DNA of 63,220 nucleotides, counting the filler, from Octopus bimaculoides (lineage: Eukaryota): the NCBI RefSeq assembly GCF_001194135.2. It is 4 parts of 4 records of this genome, joined end to end, with 100 filler letters (N's around TTAATTAATTAA, not from the genome) between each part and the next. Parts side by side here need not be neighbours in the genome. Positions count along the whole stretch, not along the records: positions 30,543 to 58,737 come from NC_068984.1; positions 58,838 to 63,220 come from NC_069008.1; 2 more parts are not named here. The stretch is one strand, 5' to 3'. Positions 49,059 to 61,783 of the stretch are shown here, piece after piece (position 1 is the stretch's first letter; each line of letters starts with the position of its first letter). The position numbers were made by a program, and so were the translations under genes. The notes under the pieces were generated by a model. It saw nothing but the letters and a program-made list of their open reading frames with translations, ran no database searches and was not told the DNA's origin.

Positions 49059-50894
49059 GTGTGTGTGTGTGTGTTACCTGCTTCTATGAGATGAGAGACA
49101 ACATTACGTGTTTAAACGCTCCCAGTTGAAAAACGGTACAAACATTTGCTCCAACCCTATACTTTTAGTTAACCCGTATCAGATATGTTAACATTTAACA
49201 TAACACTTGTGTTAACTTAACACTAACTCAACTGTATATAATTATTTTTACTTAGCCTGTATCAAATATATTATTACTAGCCTAGTAAAATGCTATTCGG
49301 TCTGGTATTTTTACTATGTGGCCTATATTGTCTTATAGTTACAGAAAATAATGTCTTTTGGTGAATAAAAAGAAAGCAAACAACAAAACAAAAACACAAA
49401 TAACTGAATATAAAGTCATGTTTTATTACAATTCATAAATTATTCCAAAAACGTCTTTCAAGGCCTTTTTCGGTCCTAAGTTCGGTGGAGTTATTATTGA
49501 TAAATACTTTAGATATTTGTTTCTTTATGATGTATTTCTCCTTCTTAAATGAATACGTCAACAATAACAGTGAATTTTCCGAATCAACAAGACATCTCTA
49601 CGTGGTCATTCAGTTTGCTAGAAATAATCACCAAATCTCTTTCAAACAACATTCAACTGTCTTTAAGACAAAAGGACACATCAGATAATGCTATCTTTGA
49701 CAGACAACACATTACGTCACGGCTTGAGAACATCTAATAACAGACCTTCTCAATCAGGGTGGGATCTGGCACTAAATGATAACAACCATTAATTCCTTTA
49801 TATATATATATATNNNNNNNNNNNNNNNNNNNNNNNNNNNNNNNNNNNNNNNNNNNNNNNNNNNNNNNNNNNNNNNNNNNNNNNNNNNNNNNNNNNNNNN
49901 NNNNNNNNNNNNNNNNNNNNNNNNNNNNNNNNNNNNNNNNNNNNNNNNNNNNNNNNNNNNNNNNNNNNNNNNNNNNNNNNNNNNNNNNNNNNNNNNNNNN
50001 NNNNNNNNNNNNNNNNNNNNNNNNNNNNNNNNNNNNNNNNNNNNNNNNNNNNNNNNNNNNNNNNNNNNNNNNNNNNNNNNNNNNNNNNNNNNNNNNNNNN
50101 NNNNNNNNNNNNNNNNNNNNNNNNNNNNNNNNNNNNNNNNNNNNNNNNNNNNNNNNNNNNNNNNNNNNNNNNNNNNNNNNNNNNNNNNNNNNNNNNNNNN
50201 NNNNNNNNNNNNNNNNNNNNNNNNNNNNNNNNNNNNNNNNNNNNNNNNNNNNNNNNNNNNNNNNNNNNNNNNNNNNNNNNNNNNNNNNNNNNNNNNNNNN
50301 NNNNNNNNNNNNNNNNNNNNNNNNNNNNNNNNNNNNNNNNNNNNNNNNNNNNNNNNNNNNNNNNNNNNNNNNNNNNNNNNNNNNNNNNNNNNNNNNNNNN
50401 NNNNNNNNNNNNNNNNNNNNNNNNNNNNNNNNNNNNNNNNNNNNNNNNNNNNNNNNNNNNNNNNNNNNNNNNNNNNNNNNNNNNNNNNNNNNNNNNNNNN
50501 NNNNNNNNNNNNNNNNNNNNNNNNNNNNNNNNNNNNNNNNNNNNNNNNNNNNNNNNNNNNNNNNNNNNNNNNNNNNNNNNNNNNNNNNNNNNNNNNNNNN
50601 NNNNNNNNNNNNNNNNNNNNNNNNNNNNNNNNNNNNNNNNNNNNNNNNNNNNNNNNNNNNNNNNNNNNNNNNNNNNNNNNNNNNNNNNNNNNNNNNNNNN
50701 NNNNNNNNNNNNNNNNNNNNNNNNNNNNNNNNNNNNNNNNNNNNNNNNNNNNNNNNNNNNNNNNNNNNNNNNNNNNNNNNNNNNNNNNNNNTATATATAT
50801 ACATATATACATATGTATATATATGTATATGTTTGTATACAGTTGAAATTTAAAGAAAAGCAAAAGACGAAAACGCTCGGGAAAGTAAGGAAGT

Positions 50895-50930
50895 CTTTTA
50901 CGTTTTGAGCCTACGCTCTTCAACAGAAAG
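50895..50930 (-). ncRNA. Penelope-type minimal hammerhead ribozyme relic (probably inactive)
   Basis: Minus: CTTT-CTGTTGA-A-GAGC-GTAG-GCTC-AAAAC-GTA-AAAG. Stems I and II pair and stem III is the palindrome ACGT; the core deviates at A6 and at the G of GAAA. Confidence 0.4.
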
Positions 50931-51871
50931 GAAAAAAGAGAAAATAAGCAGAAAGAGAATAAAAAAATCTTGTAGATTTAGCGATCAGACATGACGGCTG
51001 GTTGGGAAAAAAAGCCTGACAGGAGAAGCAGAAAGAAGGGGAGATAAAGTATTGGTGGTCCCAAAATGAAGGTGCGCGTGCGTGTGTGTATGTGAGAATG
51101 TGTGTGTGTGTGGATAGGGGCCGAAATTAAGGAAAGGACGTTCATTACTTATTAGTGTTTGTAAATAGGTCATTACACACAAAAAACATTTGCATCGTCT
51201 TCAGGTCAAATACTATCCAGATATTACGTTAAAATTTGATATAGGTCTTATGGTTAACTGAAATCATCAATATTTGGTCATTCGTACTAACTCATACTGG
51301 GACTTCCCCTCTGCTTGTTGCTCACCCGTGACTACAGGCCATTTTTCTTGCTTCTCTGTCTTTTCTGGATGGGTCATCCAGATAGCCGGATGTCATTTCT
51401 CTCGCCACTCGATATCTTTTTTCTCTTCTATTTATTTTATATCCTTTCAAAATTTCTCCCAGGCGTTACCCATTACATTTCGTCTTGGCCTAGCGGCCCT
51501 AAACGTCTGTTTTCGTCGATCGTCTCCGTACGTCTACTGTGGTGTCGTTTGTTCGTTCAAAGCCTTAACTCTCCGCAAATTTTATATTTTAAAAATTTCT
51601 GAATGCTGTTGTCTTATGAAGTTTCCCTGTCTTGTTAAAAACACGAAACAAGTAGTAATAAACAGTCGACAACTGGGGAGGAGTTAGACTTCTTTTGGTA
51701 TTTTGTCCCGTACTTGTCTTTCAGTATGTTTACGTATTTTTCACTCGTTAGTGATGTCCTGTACCTTATATATATATTTTCANNNNNNNNNNNNNNNNNN
51801 NNNNNNNNNNNNNNNNNNNNNNNNNNNNNNNNNNNNNNNNNNNNNNNNNNNNNNNNNNNNNNNNNNNNNNN

Positions 51872-51907
<36 letters not shown>

Positions 51908-52212
51908 AAGTAAGTAAGTAACATGTCAAGGTATTGGTGCATTACGATGGTCTTATGCAACCGAGGAAGGCGGTGTATTTCAAATTGATATAATGCTTGC
52001 ATTGTTCGATTAAATGGAGCAACCTGAAACGGCCGTAATGCACTAATACCGGACTGACTTGGTGCCTCAATTTAAGTACCTGATTCAAGTGAATCTTAAT
52101 TATATATATATATATCTTAGAGTGTGCTTCTTCGGATTTATGTTTTCTGTAAACGACATACATACATATATACACATATATATATATATGTGCGCGTGTG
52201 TGTGTGTGTGTG

Positions 52213-52420
52213 TGTTTGTGTCTGTGTTTGTGCCCCCATCATCGTTTGACAACAGGTTTTGGTGTGTTTACGTCCCCGTAAATTAGCGGTTCGGCAAAAC
52301 AGATCGATAGAATAAGTACCAGGATTTAAAAAATAAGTACTGGGGTCGACTAAAAGAAAAAAAATTCAAGGCGGTGCTCCAGCATTGTCGCAGTCTATTG
52401 ACTGAAACAAGTAAAAGAAA
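52213..52420 (+). mobile_element. SINE family A 3' part
   Basis: GTGTTTACGTCCCCGTAA..GGCGGTGCTCCAGCAT..CTGAAACAAGTAAAAG tail. Confidence 0.85.
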
Positions 52421-52467
52421 AAGATAGAATATATATGTATGTACACACACACGCGCACACTCACACA

Positions 52468-52592
<125 letters not shown>

Positions 52593-53257
52593 GCGTACGC
52601 ACAAGCACATATATGATCATATTCAACAACCATTCATTTATATAATGCATGAAACAATATTCCTTTACATATTGTTTGAACAAGCCTCGAGTCAGCCTTG
52701 ATTGAACAGAACAATGACAAATACAATAACATTCATAGTCTTAGTTTTTCCAGAAATTGTGTATGAAGAAATACATTATATAATGTGTCCCTCCTCTTAC
52801 TATGACAGTAGCAATTTAAGGAAATTTAGGTGTTTATTTCCCGCTAGCCGTTCCACTATTTACAGACCGTTCTGTTGATTCGTCATATACTTTTATCTGT
52901 ATATATGTATTTGTTTTCAAATAATTTTGTTTGCCTAAATTAGCTCATGTGCAACTATACAAAGATGGTGTGACAATGCATATATAAATATTTCGGTATA
53001 TACAGCATAAGCATGTTGTAAATGTAATGTTTGTAGTCAAAACTTATCCCAACACAGCTGGATTCTATATATTTCCATCTATATGTTTTTAAGTATATGT
53101 TTGTGTGAGTATGCATGTTTTCATGGTGTATATGCATGTGAATTTCAAATCCTTTTCAAGATGTTTTCTACACATATGCAACATACAGGTGAGAAATAGT
53201 GAGATTCAGAAGTGGTGACAAAGAGAGGGTGATACATATACATATGTGAACATATAT

Positions 53258-53306
<49 letters not shown>

Positions 53307-53602
53307 CATATACGTGAGTTCTTCTTTCTTACTGAGTGAAGAGACTGTGGAAATATTCGTGCAAGTTCAAACAAACATTTGTAGAGCAAAGATTCATAAA
53401 AAAATATAACAAAGTTTCGTTTTGCACTTAATGATGGATGAATTACCCGTGGACGCTATTTCATTAATAACCTGTGCATTTATCTCTTAAAATTAGGGAA
53501 GCATTATTAACAACTTGCAAAAAATAATTCAATTTTTTTTTAGTATTTTTCTTTTTACTGTAAATTCTTCTTTCACTTAGATGAGACAATGCTTCTTGGT
53601 AT

Positions 53603-54195
53603 TTAACTTATATCTGGCCTCTGTGAAGTAGTGTTGAAGATTTCTTTTGAGAAATCATGGTTGCACATGTCTCTGAAAATTTGTGGTTTGTCGTCTGCCA
53701 GTTGCACCAACTGTTCGTAATTTGGTACATAGAATGTGTAGTTTTCATGAGGTTGACTACTCAGAAAGTGGAAATCACGCGTATGGTTAATTCGTCCAGA
53801 GCCAATGTAAACAACAAACAATCTTGTGCGTACGTCTTTGAGCTTTCTAGTTTCTTCAAGCAGGCTCTCTGAAATATTCGTCATATCTGAATCTATGAAG
53901 AGTACGGCTGTCGGAGTTCCCAAATGCGCTTTATGTAACACGTGTGTGTAAATAAGGTTTCTCATTTTCCTCACAATATCAACTAGAGTCGGAAAATTAT
54001 TTTCCTCAACTAGCTGTCGACTGAAATTTGCCACTGATGTGAGAGAGATACTAAAGCCGTGTGGGCAATAAGCGTAGTTTGTAACACCGAAATATTGGTA
54101 ACTCATATATGGTAGAAGTTTGCTTAAAAATGTCGATATCTTCACAGTACGGTCGTAGCCCAGGGACACCATGTCGTAACCAAACAGGATGACAG
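53603..54195 (-). CDS. Terminal coding exon of a secreted VWA-like domain protein
   Basis: Acceptor TTATTTCTCTTTCAAAG|CT (phase 1), then about 197 stop-free codons: VILFGYDMVSLG..FGVTNY..TAVLFIDSD..KLKDVRTRLFVVYIG..LSSQP..FYVPNYEQL..RDMC. This fits a VWA beta/alpha pattern, has five N-x-S/T sequons, and ends in TAA at 53605-53603. Confidence 0.8.
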
Positions 54196-54858
54196 CTTTG
54201 AAAGAGAAATAAATCAACATTAATAAACACTCATGATTTTTTCAGTTTTTAGATTTTACTTTATCAATGTTATTTTATTTAAGCATGAGGCTTTGGCTAT
54301 GCATATTGGTTTCAAATTTCTCGTTATATATATATATATATNNNNNNNNNNNNNNNNNNNNNNNNNNNNNNNNNNNNNNNNNNNNNNNNNNNNNNNNNNN
54401 NNNNNNNNNNNNNNNNNNNNNNNNNNNNNNNNNNNNNNNNNNNNNNNNNNNNNNNNNNNNNNNNNNNNNNNNNNNNNNNNNNNNNNNNNNNNNNNNNNNN
54501 NNNNNNNNNNNNNNNNNNNNNNNNNNNNNNNNNNNNNNNNNNNNNNNNNNNNNNNNNNNNNNNNNNNNNNNNNNNNNNNNNNNNNNNNNNNNNNNNNNAT
54601 ATATCCTTATCTTGATGGAACACAAATTTTTACGAACTTTCTATCTCTCTTAGGCAAGTGTTAACCTAAAGCAGTTAACCTTCAGGAATAAATAGTATTC
54701 ATTTAGCCATTGTTTTATATAGCCGTTGCTGCATGTGAGTTAAGTCAAAGCAAATTCAGTTTAATCTACTTAAATTAAATCAGATGAATCAAACTAGTGA
54801 TTCTGAGATGAAGAGTAAAAAAGTTCGATGCTAACACAAGAAACGGTAGGATACTTAC

Positions 54859-54897
54859 TTGCCTCGTCCTTCGGTAAAAACTCTGGCCTTCCTTTTG
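54859..54897 (-). CDS. 39-nt phase 1-1 exon upstream of the VWA-like exon
   Basis: Acceptor CTTTTTCCTCTTTCAG|, donor |GTAAGTAT; reads xKGRPEFLPKDEA and joins in frame (A|CT = Thr) to VILFGYD. Confidence 0.72.
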
Positions 54898-55484
54898 CTG
54901 AAAGAGGAAAAAGTTAGAGACAAAAGATAAATTAATAATTCTTTCTAGAATAGGAACAAGGTCTGAAATTTTGTGGTACTTATTTTATTAACTATGTAAG
55001 GAATGAAAGGCGAAGTCAATCTTGACGGAATTTGAACTTTGAACTGTGAAGCATTTTGTTCGACGCGGTGGTGAATCTGCCAGCGTAAGACAACACGTCT
55101 TACCATTCAACATGGAATATTAAGATTAGTAAGGGCAGTACTTTGGCAGAATTAGTAGGGCGCTGGACCTATTTAAAAACCGTCTAGGGTACTTTTGATT
55201 TCTATTTCCACGAAAGCCAATTTTATTTTATCAGCTCTGGAAAGATTAAAGATAACGTACCAGTCGTCTACTGGTGTTCTTATAATCGACTGTTCCTTTC
55301 CTCCAAATTCGAGGCCTTGTAACCATGTCAAAAATAATGCTAAAATTATAAATAATGATCCTTTCTGCTTTAGGTACAAAGGCTGATATTTTGCAGCACG
55401 ACCAGTTAACAGGTGTCACTTTAGTCTGCTGTCCAGACAGCTGACACTTTCCATCATACCCAGCAAAATAAGCTGTGAGTTTTC

Positions 55485-55624
<140 letters not shown>

Positions 55625-56561
55625 ACTGTGAAGAAAAAAAGCAACAACAAAAGCTGTAAAACAACTGAAATCCAAACTAAAACTGGAACAGCAACGGATC
55701 ATGCTAAAACGATTGTAAGAAAATCCCCTTCATGGCAAATATTGGTTTAAACTAAACAGAAAAGAAATAGACAAAGCAAAAGCCCAGCGATGGCTGAGAA
55801 GCTCAGGACTCAAAACAGAGACTGAAGGATTTTTAATTGCAATACAATATCTAAGCCTTTCCACTAGAAATTACCAAAAGCGCAATGAAAAGAAATACAA
55901 GTAACTGCAGAATATGTGGAGATGGAGAAGAAACAAAAGATCATATTGTCTCTGGCTGCCCAGTCCTGGCTAACAAGGAATATATTCACAAATACGACAA
56001 AGTTGGGACCTATATACACTGGAAGCTATGCCAACACTATGGAATAGCAACAGAAAAAAGATGGTATAGGCACACGCCAGAAAAGGTCACAGAAAACGAG
56101 AAAGTAACCATACTCTGGGATTTGCCAATACACACAGATAGAAAAATTAAGGCCAATAAGCCAGATATAGTTGTCAGGGATCACCAAGAAAATATGCTTT
56201 CTAATCGATGTATCAATACCAACAGATGACAATGTTTCTCTAAAAGAAACGGAGAAACTTTCAAAATATAAAGATCCGGAAATAAAGGTAACTTGAATGT
56301 GGAGTCTAAAATCAGAAACAATTCCTATCATAGTCGGCGCATTAGGTATGGTAAAAAAAACAAATACGTAACAAAATCATCAGGACTAACATGTTTATAT
56401 AACATACAGAAAATAGCATTACTAGGCACTGCACACATCCTACGTAAAACACTTTCAATACAGTAAAAATAAGAGCATCACAACAAACCACAGCACATAC
56501 CCAAGGCACAGAGAGCTGCGCTCAGTAGTGTAGTGAAAGCACGTGATAAAAATAGGACTAT

Positions 56562-56563
<2 letters not shown>
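55625..56563 (+). mobile_element. R4/Dong-clade non-LTR retrotransposon, 5'-truncated
   Basis: KSLHGKYW, SGLKTETEGFLIAIQ, CCHC knuckle CRICGDGEETKDHIVSGC (55906-55959), RLE motifs NKPDIVV..IDVSIP..EK..KY, and QKIALLGTAHILRKTLSIQ* (stop 56464-56466); frameshifts; short 3' UTR. Confidence 0.92.

Positions 56564-56629
<66 letters not shown>
56564..56629. repeat. (AAT)n tail / target of the R4/Dong element
   Basis: Directly abuts the 3' UTR. Confidence 0.92.
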
Positions 56630-57009
56630 TCAAGTGTGTGCGTGTGTATGTGAATGCCTGTGTGTAAGCATAAGTATGTTTCACTATCTATCTGTCTGTC
56701 TGCGCGTTTGTCTGCGTGTGTACATAGGAGTGGATATTCTTCCTCGCTTATTGACAGAAGTAAACGAAATATATGTATTAAATTTCAGTGTTATGACGCA
56801 CTGCTTTGGGACAATGACAAATATTTTCATCTTTGAGCAAAAGCATGAATACATCTCGACTTTTTGACTTATAAAAATAGTCTGTAAAATGCTTTAATAT
56901 CATATGAATAATTTTTATGGAAGTAAATCATTTCATAATTGTGATTTCGTTTTTTACTTGTTTCAGTAACTGAACTGCGGCTGATATTTTGCAGGAGGGA
57001 ACTAATAAA

Positions 57010-57165
57010 TTTACATCGACTTCAGTGCTCAACTGGTACTTATTTCATCGACCTCGGAAGGATAAAAGGTAAAGTCGACTTCGGCGGAATTTGAACTCAG
57101 AACGTAAAGACGGACGAAATGCCGTTAAGCATATTGTCGTGCTAACGATTCTGACAACTCGCCAA
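57010..57165 (-). mobile_element. SINE family B
   Basis: Matches 42690-42900. Confidence 0.8.
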
Positions 57166-57269
57166 CTTTTTTTTCTTTTTCTCCTACAGACATCAGTGTT
57201 TTCAATTGCGTGATACTTCACCTGTTAGCATCTCCAGATGCAAACTTTGTTCTCTTGACGTCTCTGGTT

Positions 57270-57630
57270 GAGACTTAGGTGCAACTCGTATAAATTAAAG
57301 TTATTACAAAATGATACAAAAATGGGCTACAGCAAATATTCAGTACCAAACTGCAGAAGTTTATGCAAGGAGAAGAACCAAGTCAAAACAAAAAAATACA
57401 GAGATATGAACCTGCGTATAAAAAATGTCATTGAAAAATATGATCCAAGTCAAAAAATTATTTTTCTAAAAACAATTGCATACAATTTAAAATTTTAAGA
57501 AAAAATAAATGTGTAATATAGCGACGAATTGAGTGATGACGAATTGACCAGCAGACGAATTGCCCAACGACGAATTGATTAGGGACAAATTAAACGACGA
57601 CAAATTGCCGTCGATGAATTGACTGGACAC
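57270..57630 (+). mobile_element. MULE-like DNA transposon 3' end with subterminal tandem repeats
   Basis: KKYRDMNLRIKNVIEKYD..FLKTIAYNL resembles MULE-type transposase C-termini; seven GACGAATTG-like units at ~15-bp spacing (57523-57621), ending GGACACC. Confidence 0.45.
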
Positions 57631-57686
57631 CATAAATATATGTACACATAGAAACATGTGTGCGTGTGAGTGTGTGTGTGCGTGTG

Positions 57687-57744
<58 letters not shown>

Positions 57745-57826
57745 TGTGTGTACATATACATGTCTAGAATTATATTTTTCTGCTTCAAATTGGTAAGCAA
57801 AGATGTGAATTTTAACTTATTAGAAT

Positions 57827-58550
57827 ATGGTACATAAAGAATGCAAAAATTTATCAAATCCATTCGGATATGTTTGCAGAAATTATGTTGGAACTAAGTG
57901 GATATCACGTAAAACTATGAAAGGTGTCAAATTCTGGATAGCATACAGATTGTACTTTGGAGTGCTTCTTGGTAACAATGAAAAAATTTGGAACCCATCA
58001 TGTAATATGTAAAAGGTGTCGAGCTAGTGAAAAAGGATGCTTAAGAAGTGCAAAAAGGGCTGTGCCGTTTCCTATTTCCGGAATATGGAGAGAGTCAACG
58101 AATCCCCATGGTGACTGTTATTTTTGTTTGCTTACTGTTACAATGTAAAGAAAATTAAAGGAACGTTCTACAGTATTCAAGCTAAATGAAAGGAATATAA
58201 CGCAGGAAGTTCATAGGATTACTGTATACCGGAAATGATATGCAGAAATTGTAATTTACTTTGGTGTTAGTGAATATCTATGCTACTGCAAAGACACGAA
58301 TAGTTTGTTAACTGCAGTTGGACTGAAGTACGGTCCCGAAAACCAATAGCTCTCTCTACCTTTTGATACCTTAGTGCAAATGAAGGAACAATAAAAATGT
58401 GATAAACAGCTACTTGTTAACATCAACTATGTAGAATTTATATGGTATGTGTGCGAGGATTTAAAGAAGTTTGCCTTTATACTTGATTTTCAAGATGGAT
58501 ATATGAAATATTCGTATTTCCTTTGTTTATAGGATAGCAAAACTGTTGGT
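57827..58550 (+). mobile_element. Chapaev3-like (CMC) transposase relic
   Basis: AYRLYFG, IWRESTNPHGDCYFC and WYVCEDLK..Q.GYMKYSYFLCL*DSK match motifs I recall as WREP..H..CYFC and DLK..Q.GYTKY.CFLC.WDSR. The family name is from memory. Confidence 0.6.
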
Positions 58551-58676
58551 TATTATTATCGAAAATTCAATGAACAGCGGTGAGGGCTTTGTGAAAGATT
58601 CCACCTAGATACTGCACAATGGATAAAAAGTATTATAGCCTTAAAAACACTACTATGAGGGGAGACTATATACATA

Positions 58677-58712
<36 letters not shown>

Positions 58713-58781
58713 CATATACATATATATATATATATATNNNNNNNNNNNNNNNNNNNNNNNNNNNNNNNNNNNNNNNNNNNN

Positions 58782-58793
58782 TTAATTAATTAA
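58782..58793. other. Assembly spacer TTAATTAATTAA (artefact)
   Basis: 44 N + 12 + 44 N. Confidence 0.9.
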
Positions 58794-58837
58794 NNNNNNN
58801 NNNNNNNNNNNNNNNNNNNNNNNNNNNNNNNNNNNNN

Positions 58838-58871
<34 letters not shown>

Positions 58872-58930
58872 GGAGAGACGGTGTGCGAGTGAGAGACGAA
58901 GAGAGCAAAAGAGAAAAAGTGAAGGAGAGA

Positions 58931-58969
<39 letters not shown>

Positions 58970-59097
58970 AGAGAGAAAGACAAAGAGAGAAAGAGAAAGA
59001 GAGAAAGTGAAAGAGAGAAAGTGAAAGAGAGAAAGTGAAAGAGAGAAAGTGAAAGAGAGAAAGTGAAAGAGAGAAAGTGAAAGAGAGATAGAGCGAG

Positions 59098-59140
<43 letters not shown>
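58838..59140. repeat. (GA)n, 14-bp GAGAGAAAGTGAAA tandem array, and (GT)n
   Basis: Direct reading. Confidence 0.9.
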
Positions 59141-59145
<5 letters not shown>

Positions 59146-59399
59146 AAAGGAAAAATGTGAATAAGATAGAGGAAAAATAAAACTCATGAGGAAAGAAGAA
59201 AGGGAGAAAGAAAGAAAGGAAGGAGGGAAATGAAAGAGAAGGGAGAAAGAATGAACAAAATGAAAGAAAGAAAGAAATAAGGAAGGAAAAGGATGAAAGA
59301 AAGAAAGAAATAAAGAAAGAAGGAAAGAAAGAAAATAAGGATAAAAGGAAAGATTAGTCTAAATTTGACTGTTTCTTCATGGACTGATGAATAGATACA

Positions 59400-59444
59400 C
59401 ACAGACACATGCATCAATGCATATACAGACACATACATACATAT

Positions 59445-59497
<53 letters not shown>

Positions 59498-59578
59498 GAT
59501 ATATGTATATATATATATATATATCCATTTATATACATACATTTTTACATGTATATTTATATATTATATAACACACAC

Positions 59579-59610
<32 letters not shown>

Positions 59611-59656
59611 GTATGTACCTATCTATCTATCTATCTATCTATAGATGGATAGATAG

Positions 59657-59709
<53 letters not shown>

Positions 59710-60295
59710 CACATGTATAGATATATACATATGTATACATATATATATATTTGTATAAATATGCATATATATATGTACACGACTATATATGTACAAGTGT
59801 ATGTATATGTATGTGTGTATCTATGTGTGTGTATATGTGTGTGTGTGTGTTTGTAAGCCCGGTCTATTCATATCTTTGGAGACTCTTTAGCGAAGCATCT
59901 TTCACTACCCACACACCTGCCATCACCGCACCACAGCCACCAGCCATCAACCACCACCATCACCGCCACCACCACCGCTTCCACCATCACCATCACCAAT
60001 CACCACTACCACTACCACTACCACTGCCACCACTGCTACTACGGCTGCTGTTGGTGCACAAAAACAGAAATATTGATTTTTTTTTTTTATTTGTTGTTAA
60101 AGTTTCAATTTTAATTTGGGAAACAAAACAACAACAACAACAACAACAGCAGCAGCAGCAGCAACAACAGCAACACAAACAGTGATTAGCTACTACTGTA
60201 ACCATAATAATTATTTTCGTTTGATTATATACATTTCTGTGTGTGTGTGATTTAATACACACACACACAATGTATACACACACATACACACCTGT

Positions 60296-60326
<31 letters not shown>

Positions 60327-60384
60327 TATATATATATTTATAACCAGAGATGTTTACATGTGTATAGAAGAGACGAATATAGAG

Positions 60385-60421
<37 letters not shown>

Positions 60422-60727
60422 CATAAATGTATATATTAATATGTATATATATATATATATATAGATATTTATACACATATGCATGTATATACATGCGTAT
60501 GTAAGAATGTATGTGCTGTGCGTTGCGCGCGCTTGCATTTATGTATGCATATATATACATATATAGATATATGTATGTATCTCTATATATATATAAACAT
60601 AAACGTAAGTACATATGTATGAATATACACATACATACACACACACACATATGTGTGCACATAAACACACATTAATACATACATATATGTATATATATAT
60701 ATATATGCGTGCGTGTGTGTGCGCGCG

Positions 60728-60781
<54 letters not shown>

Positions 60782-60921
60782 GGTATGTACATCAGTCAGA
60801 AATCGTCTCCATTTAATTAACCTGTTGAAAGAGCTCGTTTCTTATTTAACAACTTAATAACACCTGCCTTGTACACACACCGACACGTACATATGCTGCA
60901 TTCACAAGTGTTCACACACAC

Positions 60922-60972
<51 letters not shown>

Positions 60973-61320
60973 CTCTCCATCTATCTATCTATCTATCTAT
61001 CTATCTATTTATCACACACACAGACACACACACATATGCTTGCGCTCTTCGTATAACTAAACATACATAGAGACAAGTGATGTCTATGTACACATGAATA
61101 CACATACATTATACTCATGCACACACGTTATACACGAACAATATACATACATGTACGTAAACCGTACATATACACTCACACCGACATATGTATGCACGTA
61201 CACACACATACACGTATATTTAAACATACATACGTATATACATACTCTCAAAGTCGCATGCTCACCTCATATATACACAGGCACATAAATACAATCAAGC
61301 ATACACACACATACACACAC
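59400..61320. repeat. Compound microsatellite field (TA, CA, TG, TCTA, CAC, CAA/CAG)
   Basis: Direct reading; source of the HTHT/YIYI/poly-Q/poly-H ORFs. Confidence 0.9.
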
Positions 61321-61324
61321 ACAT

Positions 61325-61378
61325 AGTGAAGGCGCAATGGCTCAGTGGTTAGAGCGACGAGCTTACGACCGCGAGGGT
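61325..61378 (+). mobile_element. SINE family C head, truncated
   Basis: AGTGAAGGCGCAATGGCTCAGTGGTTAGAGCG matches 62891 onward. Confidence 0.75.
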
Positions 61379-61391
61379 TTTAATCGGAGAA

Positions 61392-61783
61392 GGGTTTTAG
61401 CTGAAGAAATCGACCTCAAGACTTTTTCTTTGTAAGTCCAATACTTGTTCTATCTGTTTTTTTCTTTACCGAACCGCGGAGACATAAACATGCCAACATC
61501 GGTTGTCAAGCGATGGTGGTGGCGACAAACGCAGACACAAAGACACACAACCAGAAATATACACACATACATACACACACACACAAACACACACACACAC
61601 ACACACATATATATGCACATATACACGATGGGCTTCTTTCAGTTTCCGTCTACCAAATCCACTCACAAGGCTTTGGTGAGCCTGAGGTTATTGTAAAAGA
61701 CAATTGCTTAAGGTGCCATACAGTGGAACTGAACCCGGAACCATGTGGTTGCGAAGCAAACGTCTTACCGCACAGCCACGCCT
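61392..61783 (-). mobile_element. SINE family A with internal (CA)n
   Basis: Best-preserved head (AGGCGTGGCTGTGCGGTAAG..GGTTCAGTTCC..GCACCTTAAGCAATTG on minus). Confidence 0.85.

Larger units (their letters stand above)
44794..49159 (-). mobile_element. Mariner element (decayed transposase ~45900-44880) split by a Gypsy insertion
   Basis: TIRs 44794-44822 and 49131-49159 (23/29 match; TA at 49160-49161). Minus frames give LQDNARFH, HPPLYSVDLAPLDYYL, NFNSLEDYKNHLDQF, GIMKLPQRWQ, and N-terminal HFPHLMLVYFRKG. Confidence 0.85.

Noticed and set aside
57523-57621. CRISPR-like repeat-spacer array
   Set aside because: 9-bp units with 5-7 bp spacers in eukaryotic DNA and no cas genes; far too short.
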